A DNA stretch of 63,925 nt, counting the filler, from Octopus bimaculoides (lineage: Eukaryota), in the NCBI RefSeq assembly GCF_001194135.2. It is 7 parts of 6 records of this genome, joined end to end, with 100 filler letters (N's around TTAATTAATTAA, not from the genome) between each part and the next. Parts side by side here need not be neighbours in the genome. Positions count along the whole stretch, not along the records: positions 15,224 to 27,723 come from NC_068988.1; positions 27,824 to 50,598 come from NC_068982.1; 5 more parts are not named here. The stretch is one strand, 5' to 3'. The notes under the pieces are model-generated. The model was given only the letters and a program-made list of their open reading frames with translations, did no database searches and was not told the origin of the DNA. Shown in pieces: positions 23,782 to 37,960 of this stretch; position 1 is the first letter of the stretch, and every line of letters starts with the position of its first letter. The position numbers were made by a program, and so were the translations under genes.

Positions 23782-26670
23782 TATATCCACACAAACATAC
23801 ACATATACTTACACACATACCTACATACTACATACACGCACATAATGTGTTGCTCTATGAATACACCACACAAACAGCATGACTCTTGCAACAATAGATT
23901 CTTATTCAATTCCTTCTTCTTGTGAATACTCCAAAATCTTTCTCCCATTTCTTCTCGCTCTTTCTTCGACTACAACCGATCCACCCAACAGAACCACACT
24001 TCAATAGCATCGATTAATAATTCACTATTTCATTTCTTTATAAATAGCTGACATTCTCTTCTGCACATCTGCCTTTATTCGCAGATACGTTTCTCCCACT
24101 AGTTCTCTTTTCCTTCCCATCTCCCCTTCTCGCTATTTTCTTCCATTATTCTATTTATTTCCTCTGTTATGCGAACATTCATCAACACAAGAGAAGTTAA
24201 GAGGGGCGTTGGTGAAAGATAGGGATGTTGTTCAATGCATAAAATGTAGTTTACTGGATGATATGCATTGCAGCGATCCAGACGACCGATATGACGGATC
24301 AGTGACGTAGGATGCCAACTGCAATCAAGTTTCAAACGTGATATCTCACCATACAAATATTGGGTAATACATGAAAAGATACATGCGCATGTCAATGTTA
24401 ATAATAGTTCATGGTATATGGTTTCGGGGAACAAAACTCTTATGTGTATGTATTTACGCGCATACATACATACATACATACACACACACACAGAGACACA
24501 CATATAGATACGTTCAGGAAATTGTATGTGTATGTATGTATGTATACATCTATATATGCATTTGTATACACATAGATGTATTCGCAGACATAAATACTTA
24601 CATATGAACAAGTACATATGGACATAATGCAGAAGTATAAATATTCATAAATTATATATATATNNNNNNNNNNNNNNNNNNNNNNNNNNNNNNNNNNNNN
24701 NNNNNNNNNNNNNNNNNNNNNNNNNNNNNNNNNNNNNNNNNNNNNNNNNNNNNNNNNNNNNNNNNNNNNNNNNNNNNNNNNNNNNNNNNNNNNNNNNNNN
24801 NNNNNNNNNNNNNNNNNNNNNNNNNNNNNNNNNNNNNNNNNNNNNNNNNNNNNNNNNNNNNNNNNNNNNNNNNNNNNNNNNNNNNNNNNNNNNNNNNNNN
24901 NNNNNNNNNNNNNNNNNNNNNNNNNNNNNNNNNNNNNNNNNNNNNNNNNNNNNNNNNNNNNNNNNNNNNNNNNNNNNNNNNNNNNNNNNNNNNNNNNNNN
25001 NNNNNNNNNNNNNNNNNNNNNNNNNNNNNNNNNNNNNNNNNNNNNNNNNNNNNNNNNNNNNNNNNNNNNNNNNNNNNNNNNNNNNNNNNNNNNNNNNNNN
25101 NNNNNNNNNNNNNNNNNNNNNNNNNNNNNNNNNNNNNNNNNNNNNNNNNNNNNNNNNNNNNNNNNNNNNNNNNNNNNNNNNNNNNNNNNNNNNNNNNNNN
25201 NNNNNNNNNNNNNNNNNNNNNNNNNNNNNNNNNNNNNNNNNNNNNNNNNNNNNNNNNNNNNNNNNNNNNNNNNNNNNNNNNNNNNNNNNNNNNNNNNNNN
25301 NNNNNNNNNNNNNNNNNNNNNNNNNNNNNNNNNNNNNNNNNNNNNNNNNNNNNNNNNNNNNNNNNNNNNNNNNNNNNNNNNNNNNNNNNNNNNNNNNNNN
25401 NNNNNNNNNNNNNNNNNNNNNNNNNNNNNNNNNNNNNNNNNNNNNNNNNNNNNNNNNNNNNNNNNNNNNNNNNNNNNNNNNNNNNNNNNNNNNNNNNNNN
25501 NNNNNNNNNNNNNNNNNNNNNNNNNNNNNNNNNNNNNNNNNNNNNNNNNNNNNNNNNNNNNNNNNNNNNNNNNNNNNNNNNNNNNNTATATATATATATA
25601 TATATATATATGTTATGGGATAAAAGGTGATGATCTATAGTTACACACACGGATTGATGACGCCGGTCTCTTATGCTTTGAATATATTCCTGAGAGATTT
25701 ATTTGTACACTCGTTGCGCAATTATGTACACACACACAGACACACATACACTCACACACACACACGCACACATTCACGTACACATACACAGACACGGACA
25801 CGCACACACAGATGTACACACACATATGTTTTATGTGTGTATGATAATATGTATAAAACATACATATATGTGTTTATTTAATACAGTAAGAATGCAATAT
25901 TTATTCTACTCTACCAGCTCCGAGGCACAATAAATGCATATATCCGGAATGGAATCTGACAAAAAAGTAAATTCTCTCCTCCGATGAACACCTAGCTAGC
26001 TGAGACTCTGAACCTTGCAGTTAAATCTCTGATTCGTCTTCTTCCATCTCTTATTCCACAGCACTGAGTAAAGTTGCTTAAGCTGTAGCACAATGTTGAG
26101 ATTCTTGCTTCAGAGCAATATTCGGTCCTTAAAATTTGTGATCAATATTGAAACTGATATCTGACCCCAAAAAATAGAAGTATGCTGCATGCACTAATAA
26201 CTTGATAAAGCCAGAAGAAAAATCTTTTGGATGAAATTCAAAATATCACTTCAGAAAATAGTACAAGCACCAGGATACAAACGGTGGATTTAAATTCAGT
26301 TGTAACCATAACATTTGTGTGATTGGGCTAACATCTGGCTCAGATTAATGCAGCCAACTATTTATCACCTAGTCTTAGTTATGTTCAGGCGCTTTCAAAA
26401 TTCATACAAAGTTTCCCTTTTTAACTATTCTTCTACGTGTCAATTGTAGATAGTTGGTTCATCATATTGAAGCTGTACTCTAACTGATTTAATACTGCCT
26501 GTCTGTAAATGTCTAAAACGGCCCTCTTAGCGGAACAAATGTCAGTGTAGAAGCATTGTATATTTAGTTAACCATTTTTCAAGAAAGTATACCTTAATTC
26601 ATTCAGGAACTTGAAGAGGAAGCCATTCTTAGACTTTTAGAAAGATATTTTCAGGTTTACATATTATATC

Positions 26671-26702
<32 letters not shown>

Positions 26703-27823
26703 TGTATATTTATGTATGTAATGCACTTGTAAACCTGTTGCAGAGCTCAAATCAACCATAATACTGAAACACATCAAGAAACTATACTTATTTCTCATTT
26801 ACATATATGTTTGTGAGTGTGTGTGAAAGAGTGAGAGAGAGATAATGAGAGCGAGAGACAGATAGATACACAGGGAGAAAAAGAGAAAGAGAGGGAGTGA
26901 GAGGATGAGAGAGAATTGAGGGTGAGAAAGAGAGAGAAATAGTGTGTGAGAAAGTGAGAATTTGTTCTCTTTGCAAACGAAATACGCAGTCACGTTTCTG
27001 CAGAGTGGCAAGAATGCCAGCGGATAACGAGTGAGAGAAATAGAAACCACTACCGTCTTGCATTGACTACACATATTGAAATAGAGGGTGTTAAACCTGG
27101 GTGAGTTTTCTTGGAGAGCTCGAGTAATTGTTTTGTTTTGTGGCCGTGCAAATAAGTCACTTAATAGATGGTTAAATGAGGGAGAATGTGGGTATGTTGT
27201 GTTTGTGTGTGCACACTGTAGGAATGAAAACAAACTGAGCAGTAAATTTAGAGAACAATTGTGTGCCATGAACAAAAACAAAAAAACAAAAAAATCAGTG
27301 GATGTATATTCATATTTTGTTAACCATTTCCGTTTATTCAGTTTAGTCCTGTAGGAGAGAAGTAATTTCTTTTGTATGCCACAGTTTTGAAATAGTAGGA
27401 TGAGAGAAAATTTCTCCTCTCTTTCATTGAATTTTTTTCAAACTAGCAGCAACTGGAATTTTGTAAAAAATTACTGATACACGTTATTTTCTTTCACGTT
27501 TTCTGCCATAATATTTTATCCTTTATATTAATATTGCATTCTGAAGAAAAGGAAACGCAACGAATATATGCTTGTATTTTTGTATCACATATGTGCGATG
27601 GAAAGAGTTTGTAATTTCATTATCTATAATGTCATCATTCTACTAAAGTTTTCTTCATTTTAGTATATTTTCAGGCACACAGTCGCCAGGTAAGGTGCCA
27701 GTAGTAAGCACGATACCTATGAGNNNNNNNNNNNNNNNNNNNNNNNNNNNNNNNNNNNNNNNNNNNNTTAATTAATTAANNNNNNNNNNNNNNNNNNNNN
27801 NNNNNNNNNNNNNNNNNNNNNNN

Positions 27824-27864
<41 letters not shown>

Positions 27865-28175
27865 TGTATGTTACGCTAATATGGAAAGATTAATAGTTTA
27901 TTGGTGCGTTTGCTTTCTGAAGAGATAAACTGATACTTAAAGCTGGAAATTTGTAAAGAGAAAAGCAGGTAGATAACCTCAATTCACATGTTGTTTAAGA
28001 TATATTGGTTGATAGGTTTCAAATAATTCGCTTTATTCTATATTTTTTCTATGCAGATGTATAGCTAAACAATATGATAAATAGACAAAGGTAAAATGTC
28101 AAACTATGAGTAAAATCACATAAAATAGCATTCAATTTTGAATTCAAGATTTACTGTAGTACTACTTATCCAACG

Positions 28176-28546
28176 TGGAGGTGCAACGGCCTAGTGGTTA
28201 GGGCAACGGACTTGCGGTCGTAGGATCGCGGTTTCGATTCCCAGACCGAGCGTTGTGAGTGTTTATTGAGCTAAAACACCTAAACCTCCACGAAGCTCCG
28301 GCAGGGGATGGTGTTGAACCCTGCTGAACTCTTTCACCACAACTTTCTCTCACTCTTACTTCTTGTTTCTGTTGTGCCTGTATTTCAAAGGGTCACACTG
28401 TGTCACGCTGAATATCCCCGAGAACTACGTTAAGAGTACACGTGTCTGTGGAGTGCTCAGCCACTTGCACGTTAATTTCACGAGCAGGCTGTTCCGATGA
28501 TCGGATCAACAGGAACACACAACGTCGTAAGCGACGGCGTGCCAAC
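28176..28546 (+). mobile_element. tRNA-derived SINE family E, full length
   Basis: Colinear with 14278-14657. Confidence 0.88.
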
Positions 28547-29294
28547 ACACACAACACTTATCCAACAACAATTCACGCACACACATGCACCTACATGTGT
28601 ATGTGGGTGTATTACATAATATATATTTTTATATATTAAATAAAGTCGTACTATTATCGTTATATACAGTAATAATAAGGTGGCTAGCAAATTCAGTCCT
28701 TTACCGGTACAATATAAAATAATTTAAGCAGGGTATACATGCTACTTGCTAATATCAAGGCCATAGCTCCAAAAACCACCCTACTTTTCTTAAATAACTT
28801 TATGTTATATATTATATATATATATAATATATATATGTAACAGTATATATTAAATACTGTAGATTTCTATATATAAAATTTCTCTTTAGTTTAAGGTAGG
28901 GATTTTGTTTCCTAATGAAGTGTGCTTCGACGATTAGTAAATTCAATGGATCTGACTTTCACCAAAATCTATGCTTTTATGTTTCTTTAATATGTTGATC
29001 TGCTCAAGAACACAACACCAAGTGATATGCTTTTGGTGGAGTGGGGTTCATACTGTGTATTATCCTCTATTTTACCTAGTAAGATAGAGCGCGAGGCTGA
29101 TACATAAACACAGATGTGTAAATTTAGACATGATATACATAGAGAGAGAGAGAGAGACAAGCAGACAGAGAGATTCAGACATATCTGAAGGTATTTCAAT
29201 TGAAATCAAGTATTTTACGGAGATGTAATTGCATAGCAAGTGACCTGATCTGAGATCGTTTGTTGAAACAAAAAACGAAAAAATTGCAGCGAGG

Positions 29295-29515
29295 AAGCCA
29301 TTTAATAAACACACAAAAACCGTTAGATCAATTTCAACATTTAAATTTAATTTGTCGAAATATTTTCGGCGCTTTGAGGCCGTGACCTTTTCACTGGCAC
29401 GGATTTTTCTCAGTGAACAGGTCGCGGTTTCAAAGCGACGAAAATATTTTGACACAAATTAAATTTAAATATTGGAGTGAATCCAACGGTTTTTGTGTGT
29501 GTTTTTAAATGGCTT
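29295..29515. repeat. Palindromic element with ~100-bp arms (family P4)
   Basis: aagccattta..aaacacacaaaaaccgtt...aaatttaatttgtcgaaatattttcg.cgctttga is mirrored at 29410-29515. Confidence 0.88.
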
Positions 29516-29612
29516 ATAAACACTTTCCACGCTGCAATTGTTCAAGTATTTTAAATAATATAAAAGTATATATAATTTACATAAAGGGAGAATAGTATTC
29601 AAAGTTATATTC

Positions 29613-29824
29613 TTTTCTACTCTAGGCCCAGGGCCCGAAATTTCAGGGGAGGGTACCAGTCGATTAGATCTACCCCAGTACGCAACTGGTACCTAATTTA
29701 TCGACTCCGAAAAAATGAACGGCAAAGTCGACTTCGGCGTAATTTGAACTCAGAACGTAAAGACAGACGAAATAACGCGGAGCATTTCGCCCGGCGTGCT
29801 AACGATTCTGCCAGAACGCCGCCT
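29613..29824 (-). mobile_element. SINE family A with 17-bp target-site duplication
   Basis: tattcaaagttatattc at 29596-29612 and 29825-29841. Confidence 0.9.
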
Positions 29825-30184
29825 TATTCAAAGTTATATTCATCATAAAAAAAAATTCATATCATTCGAGGAGTTTCGCGTAGCTTGATCTAGCTGTTTA
29901 CTTTGACATATAGTAACTTAGGAATTTGTTCACCCTAGTTTTCATTTAGAAGATTATATTAAGCTATTTGAATGCAATTCTAGCAATGGATGCCGGAAAA
30001 GGAAAAGAGTAATTCGTGAAATTAAATTACATGGTATATTATATTTTCTGTTTTATGGTACAATATTTTGCAAATTAGTAAGATTTTTTCTTTAATCTCT
30101 CCTTTGATATAGAAAAAAACTACCCTCACCAGAGCTTATTATTTGACATACAGTAATCTGTGAGTAAATGCGACTATGGAAGTG

Positions 30185-30621
30185 TATAACTGAAATTTAT
30201 AGAAAAACGAGACAAATACAGGTGTATGAACAACAAGCAAGTGTATCAGTTTCACGCTCGGGAAAAATGAAGAAGTCGTCTACGTTTCGAGCCTATGCTC
30301 TTCAACAGAAAGGACAAAGAGGAAATAAACAGAGAGAGAATGAAAAGATGAAAAAAAACGAGAAGAGTTAAGCGGTCCAGTTTGGCTGGAATGAAAAGAA
30401 TTTTTAAAAAAACGTGTAAAGTTAAGCGGTCCAGCATGGCTGAATCGCTGAACTGTACACGTTTTTTTCATTCTTTCTCTATTTATTTACTCTTACTCTT
30501 TTTCTGTTAAAGAGTGTAGTCTCCACACGTAAACGCATTCTTTTTCATTTTTCCCGAGCGTCAAATTAATACAATTGCTTGTTGTCTTCGTCTTTTGTTT
30601 TTTCTATAAATTTCAACTATA
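30185..30621. repeat. Large diverged palindromic element (family P2)
   Basis: gaaatttatagaaaaa...acaagcaa.tgtat...acgctcgggaaaaatgaa is mirrored at 30470-30621; half copies at 44385-44570 and 46510-46690. Confidence 0.82.
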
Positions 30622-31933
30622 TATTATACGCTCACGTGGTTACCCCAGTTTGATCCTGACTGAACTTCCTCTTCTTTAGACTTGCATATCTTAACCACTT
30701 CCCGAACTTTCAGCACCTCTGCTGATCCACATACCAGTACTCCACCCGGATTAGCACTGGATCTGCTGACTCTACCTTCACAGATTTCACTGGATTTTTT
30801 TCGTATGGAAGTATACAAAGGATAACACAAAATCTTCAGTTATTTTCAATTCATATCAATTTCCTTTTACCAAAGTGGCCAGTTGAATGTATAAAAATAT
30901 CGTACATACAGTAATATTGAAATAAGGAAAGAGCTATCGGGTTCAAGAAAAGATATTACTCCTCTGGCAATTCGAATAGTAAAGTCTTAGATCAAAGATT
31001 GATTCAAGACTACACCATTATAGATATCTGTTATCGATCCATAGAAAATATATTTCAAAGAGCCGGTATTTGACATCAGATACTCGAAGACAAAATACTG
31101 CAGTATTGAGTGCGCAAATATTCCACGAATTTTCAGCCAAGCATTTTATATTAACGTTGGCAATGCTTCCATTGAAATGAACCTAGTGTCACCGGCGACA
31201 TTTTGCTTTCTAATTTTCTAAAAAGGTATTTCTGCACCGCAATTTGTAACTCAAATACGCCATAATCAATGATAGCGGAAGAAAGCCGCGTGAAAATTTT
31301 ATTTTAGAACTAAATGTTATTGTTTTTCTTGTCTTCAAACTTAAATTACAGCCAGCTGTCTTTAACGCGATTCAATAATGTCCTCTTAAGTCAATCACAT
31401 TGAAAACCTCCGTCTTTGTACAAGATAATTGCCTTGCATTGGATCGATTCCAAAAGTTATAAATCCACAAGCTCTCCGAAAAGGTTACACTAAGGCTACC
31501 ATCTATGTTTTGATGTAGCTACACTACAACTTGCCACTAAAATTAGCATTCCGGGAGAAAGGAAACATAAATATCAGCTAAAGTGGATACTAATGCGAAT
31601 CGAGCGACCAGTACTTTCAGTTGATCTAATTTTCACATCAACAATTTATATACATTGAAAATTGGTCTATTTTACACAGAAAATTTTCCTAAGCAAATTT
31701 TGGCTTTAAAGTGTTTCTCTGCATGAAATCGTATAAGCTGAAGTATAATAATTGATGATAGGTATATGTACAAGCGCGTGAGCGCAAACATCAACTCACT
31801 TACACACACGAACACACGCACACACATTCTTCATTGCCTGGTCTATCTGTATGTTTGTGCTTGTGTGTATGTTTAAAATTCCAAATATTGATTGCTGGAC
31901 ATCTATAACTGTGCATATGTATGTATGTATGTA

Positions 31934-31974
<41 letters not shown>

Positions 31975-32619
31975 TCATATACATATTTATATATGGATAT
32001 GCCGATAAATAAATAGAGAGAGAGAGGGGGGAGAGAGATGGGGAGAGAGATAATATATACTTAAATATATATATATATATGCACATATGTTCTCAAGATA
32101 TAGAGGTCCGATCAATATATTGAGCAGAGACACAACCACACCCACACACATACCCATACACGCGCGCGCCCTCGTACACACGCCACACGTGTGCACGCAC
32201 ACGCACACGCATACACATACACGCATACACATACGCATACTCATTCACGCACACGCATACACATGCATTTACAGTACTCAATAGAGATGTTAAAGGGAAA
32301 ATAGACAATTTTACAAAATGACTGATGATCGCATTTGCGAAGACCAGACGAAATCTGACATATTCTCGCTTTCTGAACTCAAACGAAATCATGCTGTGAA
32401 AAATTAATTGAAATATTGCCAATCAGTGCACGATATTAAACATGACATACGTGTATGGGGCATAAAATTGCATGGAATGTCTAAGAGAAGTGTATTAGGA
32501 ATGAATAATTTCAACGGTTTCTTGTTTCTGCGACAGGTCGACAAGTTACACTGACCAACCAAAGTTAAAGTGTGAACAATAAATATATCAATCCAATCCT
32601 TCATACCTACTTATATAAA

Positions 32620-32810
32620 TTCATGGTGGTTGCTTACTCCTTATGCAGAGTCTGACCATCTCCTGTACTTACACCTTAGATCCATCATGGCGTCTGATGT
32701 GGCTTTTGAAACCAAAGGATGTATTGAAAAGACACCCACATAAATTGCATATCCGATTTGGACCACCAAGAACTGCAGTTAAGTTCTGATCTTTGTGGAT
32801 CTTAAAATGT
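32620..32810 (-). mobile_element. RTE-type LINE 3' terminus
   Basis: Minus strand reads GPNRICNLCGCLFNTSFGFKSHIRRHDGSKV* (terminal C2H2-like motif) followed by a short 3'UTR. Confidence 0.65.
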
Positions 32811-34854
32811 CTTTTGTACATACATACATATACATGTTCATAATTGAGAAGGAAACCTTTTGTGCAAACAAATTAGCCATTAGCTGATGGCGAATGCTGG
32901 TTACGCAAAATGAAAATACAAGATTTTAGCGACATCATTTCCAAATCTAATTGAAGTTACTCGACTCATTGTCACCACAGCAAAATACAATGCCGCATCT
33001 GAAGCCTACTGCAATGAAAACAAACGTAACTGGAAAGACGATAAATCTCCAATGAGAACGCGTATATTCCGAACGGTGTCTCAAAACTTGTGTGAATGTT
33101 AGAACTCAAAGCAGCAACCACATGCATAATCTAAACACTACAGATGATTACCTGATCAAGACGAACAGAAAAATGCAACATTATCCAAAACTGAAAAGGC
33201 TAAATTATTAAACAAAGGATAGCGGGAAGAAAATAGATAACGAAAAGAAAATATATATTTATGTTTAATATTACCTGTAAATAGCAATACTACTACTGCT
33301 TCATAAAAGAGCATTAACCGAATCGATCTCACCGCTCCTGTACGTCTGCAAAGTACGTGTACACAGTAACTCTCCCCTGAACCAAACCAATAACGCCAGA
33401 GAGCCGGCTCTATGTAACGACAATATACAAACGGATATTTCTAAATATTCATATCGTATATAAAATCAATGTAGGTTGCTTTAACTTAATCTGTACGCAA
33501 AGGCCATTCGAACGAAAGATTTATTCCTACTCAGACTTATATTTGCTTACTGTTCTTCTAGGACCCATTTATCAATGTTTTGCTGGATATCGTAGAAATA
33601 ATTTTTATTTTTCAATTCAGTGCTTACATAGTGGTTGGTGACAAGATAAATCGTGATGCCATTTAGCAATATATTCTCTTAGAAGTTAGAAACGAAAGCC
33701 TAGCTATTTCCAAGTTTCTTTGAGGATTTGAGATGGAATGTACTACATAAAATGTTACCAGTATAGTTTAGTCATTGTATTTTTAGCTGATTGAAAAGGT
33801 GATTGTAAAGGAAGAGTCAAATTACTTTTAAACGGATAAGGGATTAATTTTCACCTGTAAGCTAAAATATCGATTTAACTATTAGATCTTGCACCGATGG
33901 TATGATACGAAATGGTATGGAATTAATATAGTTTTCTCAAAACAAAGAATTTCGAATTCCAAACTCATGACGATGTATTCAAACTAACCTTCTGATAGGA
34001 TATATAATTTTAAAAAAATGTTCTGTCTAAATTTGCTCAGGTGAATTATATTTGGACTGGTTAATTTTCATTACTTGATATTTTATCCATAATTTTCACT
34101 ACAATAGAAAGTATTTAAAGAAGAAAAACAAAACTGTTCTGTTACACGTATTCGGTTCTTTTCTTACGTGAGAGTAATTTTTATTCTTTCACCTACTAAC
34201 CTCAGACACCATTAAAATGATAGTAGATCTTCCCTTGGCTAAGGAGTACATAAATAATTAAAATTGTTTAGAAGCACATAAAGATGCTTAGATTTCCAGG
34301 TGGTAACAACGTTACTATTAACATTTTCGTCTGATTTCTGTGCCTTAGGTAATGAATATCTCACAACGGAATGTGTTATCGTGTATAAATATACAGAGTA
34401 GTGTGTCTTAATTACTCAGTCCAAAGTTGACTCCAAGATTATATATGAATGTTATTAAACATGACTTTAGAGATTACCTGTTGATTGCTTCTAAATATCC
34501 AAGAAATAGTTCAAAACTGACGGTTTAACAGGAAATATAAATTGGATTTTGATGAATTCCTAGAATTTCATAGATATACTTGAATACTGCAATCTGAAGA
34601 TTCGCTGTTATTAATAATATTAAAGAGAAAAGTGAATCAAATAGACAGAATATGGCTATCCACACATTGAACTTGTAGCAACACACTGAACTTTCCTGAC
34701 ACTATCTTTTATTTCTTGTTATCGTTTCTGTAGCCTGTGATACATTTTTTTACGGGAAGTGGGTACTAGCCCTATGCCCAACCCTCCTTCTTTTTCATCC
34801 GGGCTTGTCGATATAAAGTGAACACAATTGTCAGGATCGTTTGCACTGAGTTCC

Positions 34855-35040
34855 ACAGGGTAAAAGAAAACGTTGCCGGGCAAAGGAAACGTGGCGGCGA
34901 ACAAGAACAAAAGATCTTAATAGCAAAGGGTTAACAATGGCAAAAACTGTCTAGGACGCTCTCAATGTTAGAAGGTGGAACGATCTTGCTGTCACCTCGA
35001 GTGCCACAAGGCACCATGAGAACCGAATGAACGAAAATGA
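34855..35040 (+). mobile_element. RTE-type LINE 3' fragment
   Basis: GKRKRCRAKETWRRT..KDL...RWNDL resembles the RTE C-terminal GRPxxTWRRT motif. Confidence 0.5.
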
Positions 35041-35083
35041 ATCTTATAGTTTGCTTCTCTCCTGATGTCTTTAAAAATGAACA

Positions 35084-35163
<80 letters not shown>

Positions 35164-35300
35164 TGAGTGCGTGCGTACGTGTTTGTGAGCTGTGTGTATA
35201 TATGTATATGTATATAGTTGTATATACGTTTATATATATAAACATATATACACACACGCTCGCACACACACACACACACGCGCACACACACACACACACA

Positions 35301-35349
<49 letters not shown>

Positions 35350-35637
35350 TACAACTATTCAAAACATAGAAAGCGGAGTTCGAAAATTTATTCGTGAAAT
35401 CATCTCAACATATAAAAAAAAATAGAAAAATATCTAAAGCAATATAATTAACCTACTTGTTAATATAAAAGCTGTATTAAGTACCTTTTTCCTATAATCC
35501 AGAATATAATAATTTTTGCGTTCATCAATTTGTGTTGCAAGATTCCTGATGTGAAAGTGTGTGTGTTGAAACAAATATTGTTATAAAAGATAAAACGTTT
35601 TAAATGGTACAGCAATGCACTATAATATAAATAAATG

Positions 35638-35805
35638 GACTATATACCTATTGTAATTTAGTTATCTACAGTCCGATGATATTTCGGAATACAATTCTTT
35701 CTTCAGATATTCTTAAGCCGTTGGAAAACTGATTACAGCAGCGACTGCATCAAAGAATATCTGAAGAAGGAATTGTATTCCGAAATATCATCAGACTATG
35801 TGGGT
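35638..35805. repeat. Second copy of palindromic family P1
   Basis: gtccgatgatatttcggaatacaattctttcttcagatattc ... gaatatctgaagaaggaattgtattccgaaatatcatcagac. Confidence 0.85.
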
Positions 35806-37711
35806 GGGAAGCAAACTTCTTAACCTTCCAATCAGGTCTGAGTTCATATATTTAATCTTAGTTTCTTATTATCTTGGAAACATAACCAATTTCATATACG
35901 TTTTAATATCAATTTTGGGCTTCGAATTACATTTCACTTATACCGTTAACGTACGCAGAAAACATAGTGAGCGTCAGCTATTTGCCATATGTTTTTGATA
36001 AAATTGTCACTATGTTAAGTTAAAAGAAATCAATAATAGCATACATTACTAGGTATAATAAAACGAATATAAAAAGACTTTTCAGTTTTACCTACCATCA
36101 GAATATAATCGTTATTCAATGTATTAGTGGGGGAATTTTTCATTGAAAATGAAGAAAGCTCAGTTCAATTCCCAAACACAAAATCTATGTTGAATTGTTA
36201 CAGACCTCTATGTTTTGACTACTTTTATTCATCATTCATTTCTGCTTCTCTTGTCTATACTATTCAATAATTTTGAGTTTAACTGCAGTGTATAGTTACG
36301 TGAAATATAAAGTTAAATATAGCATAGAATTAATATTCAATACGAAGTATTTATTGATTGCCGAAGTACATTTCAAAGCATTTCCAAATATAAATTGAAA
36401 TGTCAAAAAGTATGAATTTGGTACAAACGCAGACGTGGTCGAAGAAATGCCGTCACAAGAAAGAAAGAGTTTACAACAGTATTACTTAACGAAGCTTTCT
36501 TAAGGATTATTTAAAGTTCAATATTCATCTTTGGCGGCGGTTACTGTCAAGTAGAGAACAAAGAACGCTTTTATTTACTCCACAACTCCATTCAATTATG
36601 ATTAACACGTTCGTTATGCTTTACACGCACTCAAACACGAATACATATTGTGTGTGTGTGTGTGTGCGTGTGTGTGTGTGTGTGTGTGTACACACACATA
36701 TATATAATTTCAGTCGACTGCTAACCTTAGAAATTACCCTCTAAATCTTGTCGACATGTCCAGGGTAAGGAACAGATAGTAACCCGGAGATTGACTGTTT
36801 TATCAAACACACGCCTGAGAATTCAGAATTATTGAATAATATATGCAACTGTTGGTCCACGAGGTGTCTTTGATATAAACCACAATCTGTCTTTTCTGTG
36901 TGGTACAGAAGAGTTAACTCTTCAATGAATGAATAGTGGCATAATATAACAACGTTCATATGCAAACACACATCTATCTACACACATACAAACATATATA
37001 TACATACATATATGCTTATATACACACATGCATAAGATCATTTCTCGGACGGACTTACAGAAGACTTTGGAGAGAGATAGAAGTCATTGAGAAGGTCTCT
37101 TGTAGCGACGAAAGAACTTTGTCTAAGACAAAAAAAAAGACCGGATTGATTGTTTAACCAGCACATTAAACAAACAATCGATTAGTCAGTTGGTTGTAAC
37201 CAATTGACTAAAAATAAAGAAGTAACAATGCGTGTGATGTTGTTTTTGGCATAATGACCCTCCCAAGACAACAACATTTGTTTCAATACAGGAATTCACA
37301 TCAAGAATCTGGCATACCAAATACAAACAATAGTGTATTTTTCTTTAAAATATAGACAAAAACAATAAAATACGTGAATGTAAGATCAGTAGGAGGACGG
37401 GCAAAATGTTTTTAATGAATAAATATCTTCTTAGTGAATAAATAGTTTGTTAGATAAAAAATGAACAAATGCTTAGTCGCTTTCGTAAACAGCTCACAAA
37501 GATCTGGGGAGATAATTCCAATAAGAATGAATTTTAAGAAAGAATTCTCATGCCTAAGGAAAAAACTATTGTTTTTTAGTGGGCTAAATAATAACTACTG
37601 ACACGGTTTGGTTTTACTGCAATTTGTAACTGACACTTAGACAACGGAAAACCGCTTGAGAAGGAATTTACATAGAGAAACATAAATTAGTATAAGTTTT
37701 AGCGATCTATG

Positions 37712-37960
37712 TGGAGGCGCGTGGCTGAGTGGATTGAGTGTCAGCATCATGATCGTAAGATTGTGGTTTCGATTCCTGGACCAGGCGACGCGTTGTGTTC
37801 TTGAGCAAAACACTTCATTTCACGTTGCTGCAGTCCACTCATCTGGTAAAAATGAGTAACGCTGCGATGGACTGGCGTCCCGTCCATCTGGGGAACACAT
37901 ACGCGATTGAAACCGGGAAACCGGGCCCATGAGCATGGCTAGGCTTTAAAAAGGGCGCAT
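37712..37960 (+). mobile_element. tRNA-derived CORE-type SINE variant with probable 9-bp TSD
   Basis: tRNA-like head and cagtccactcatctggtaaaaatgag; gcgatctat at 37702-37710 and 37976-37984. Confidence 0.8.

Noticed and set aside
26590-26660. Plus-strand IQELEEEAILRLLERYFQ exon-like stretch
   Set aside because: Short, in-frame stop just upstream, weak splice sites and no homology.
28955-28995. Minus-strand IDFG kinase-like motif
   Set aside because: No HRD or other kinase context and a stop follows within a few codons.
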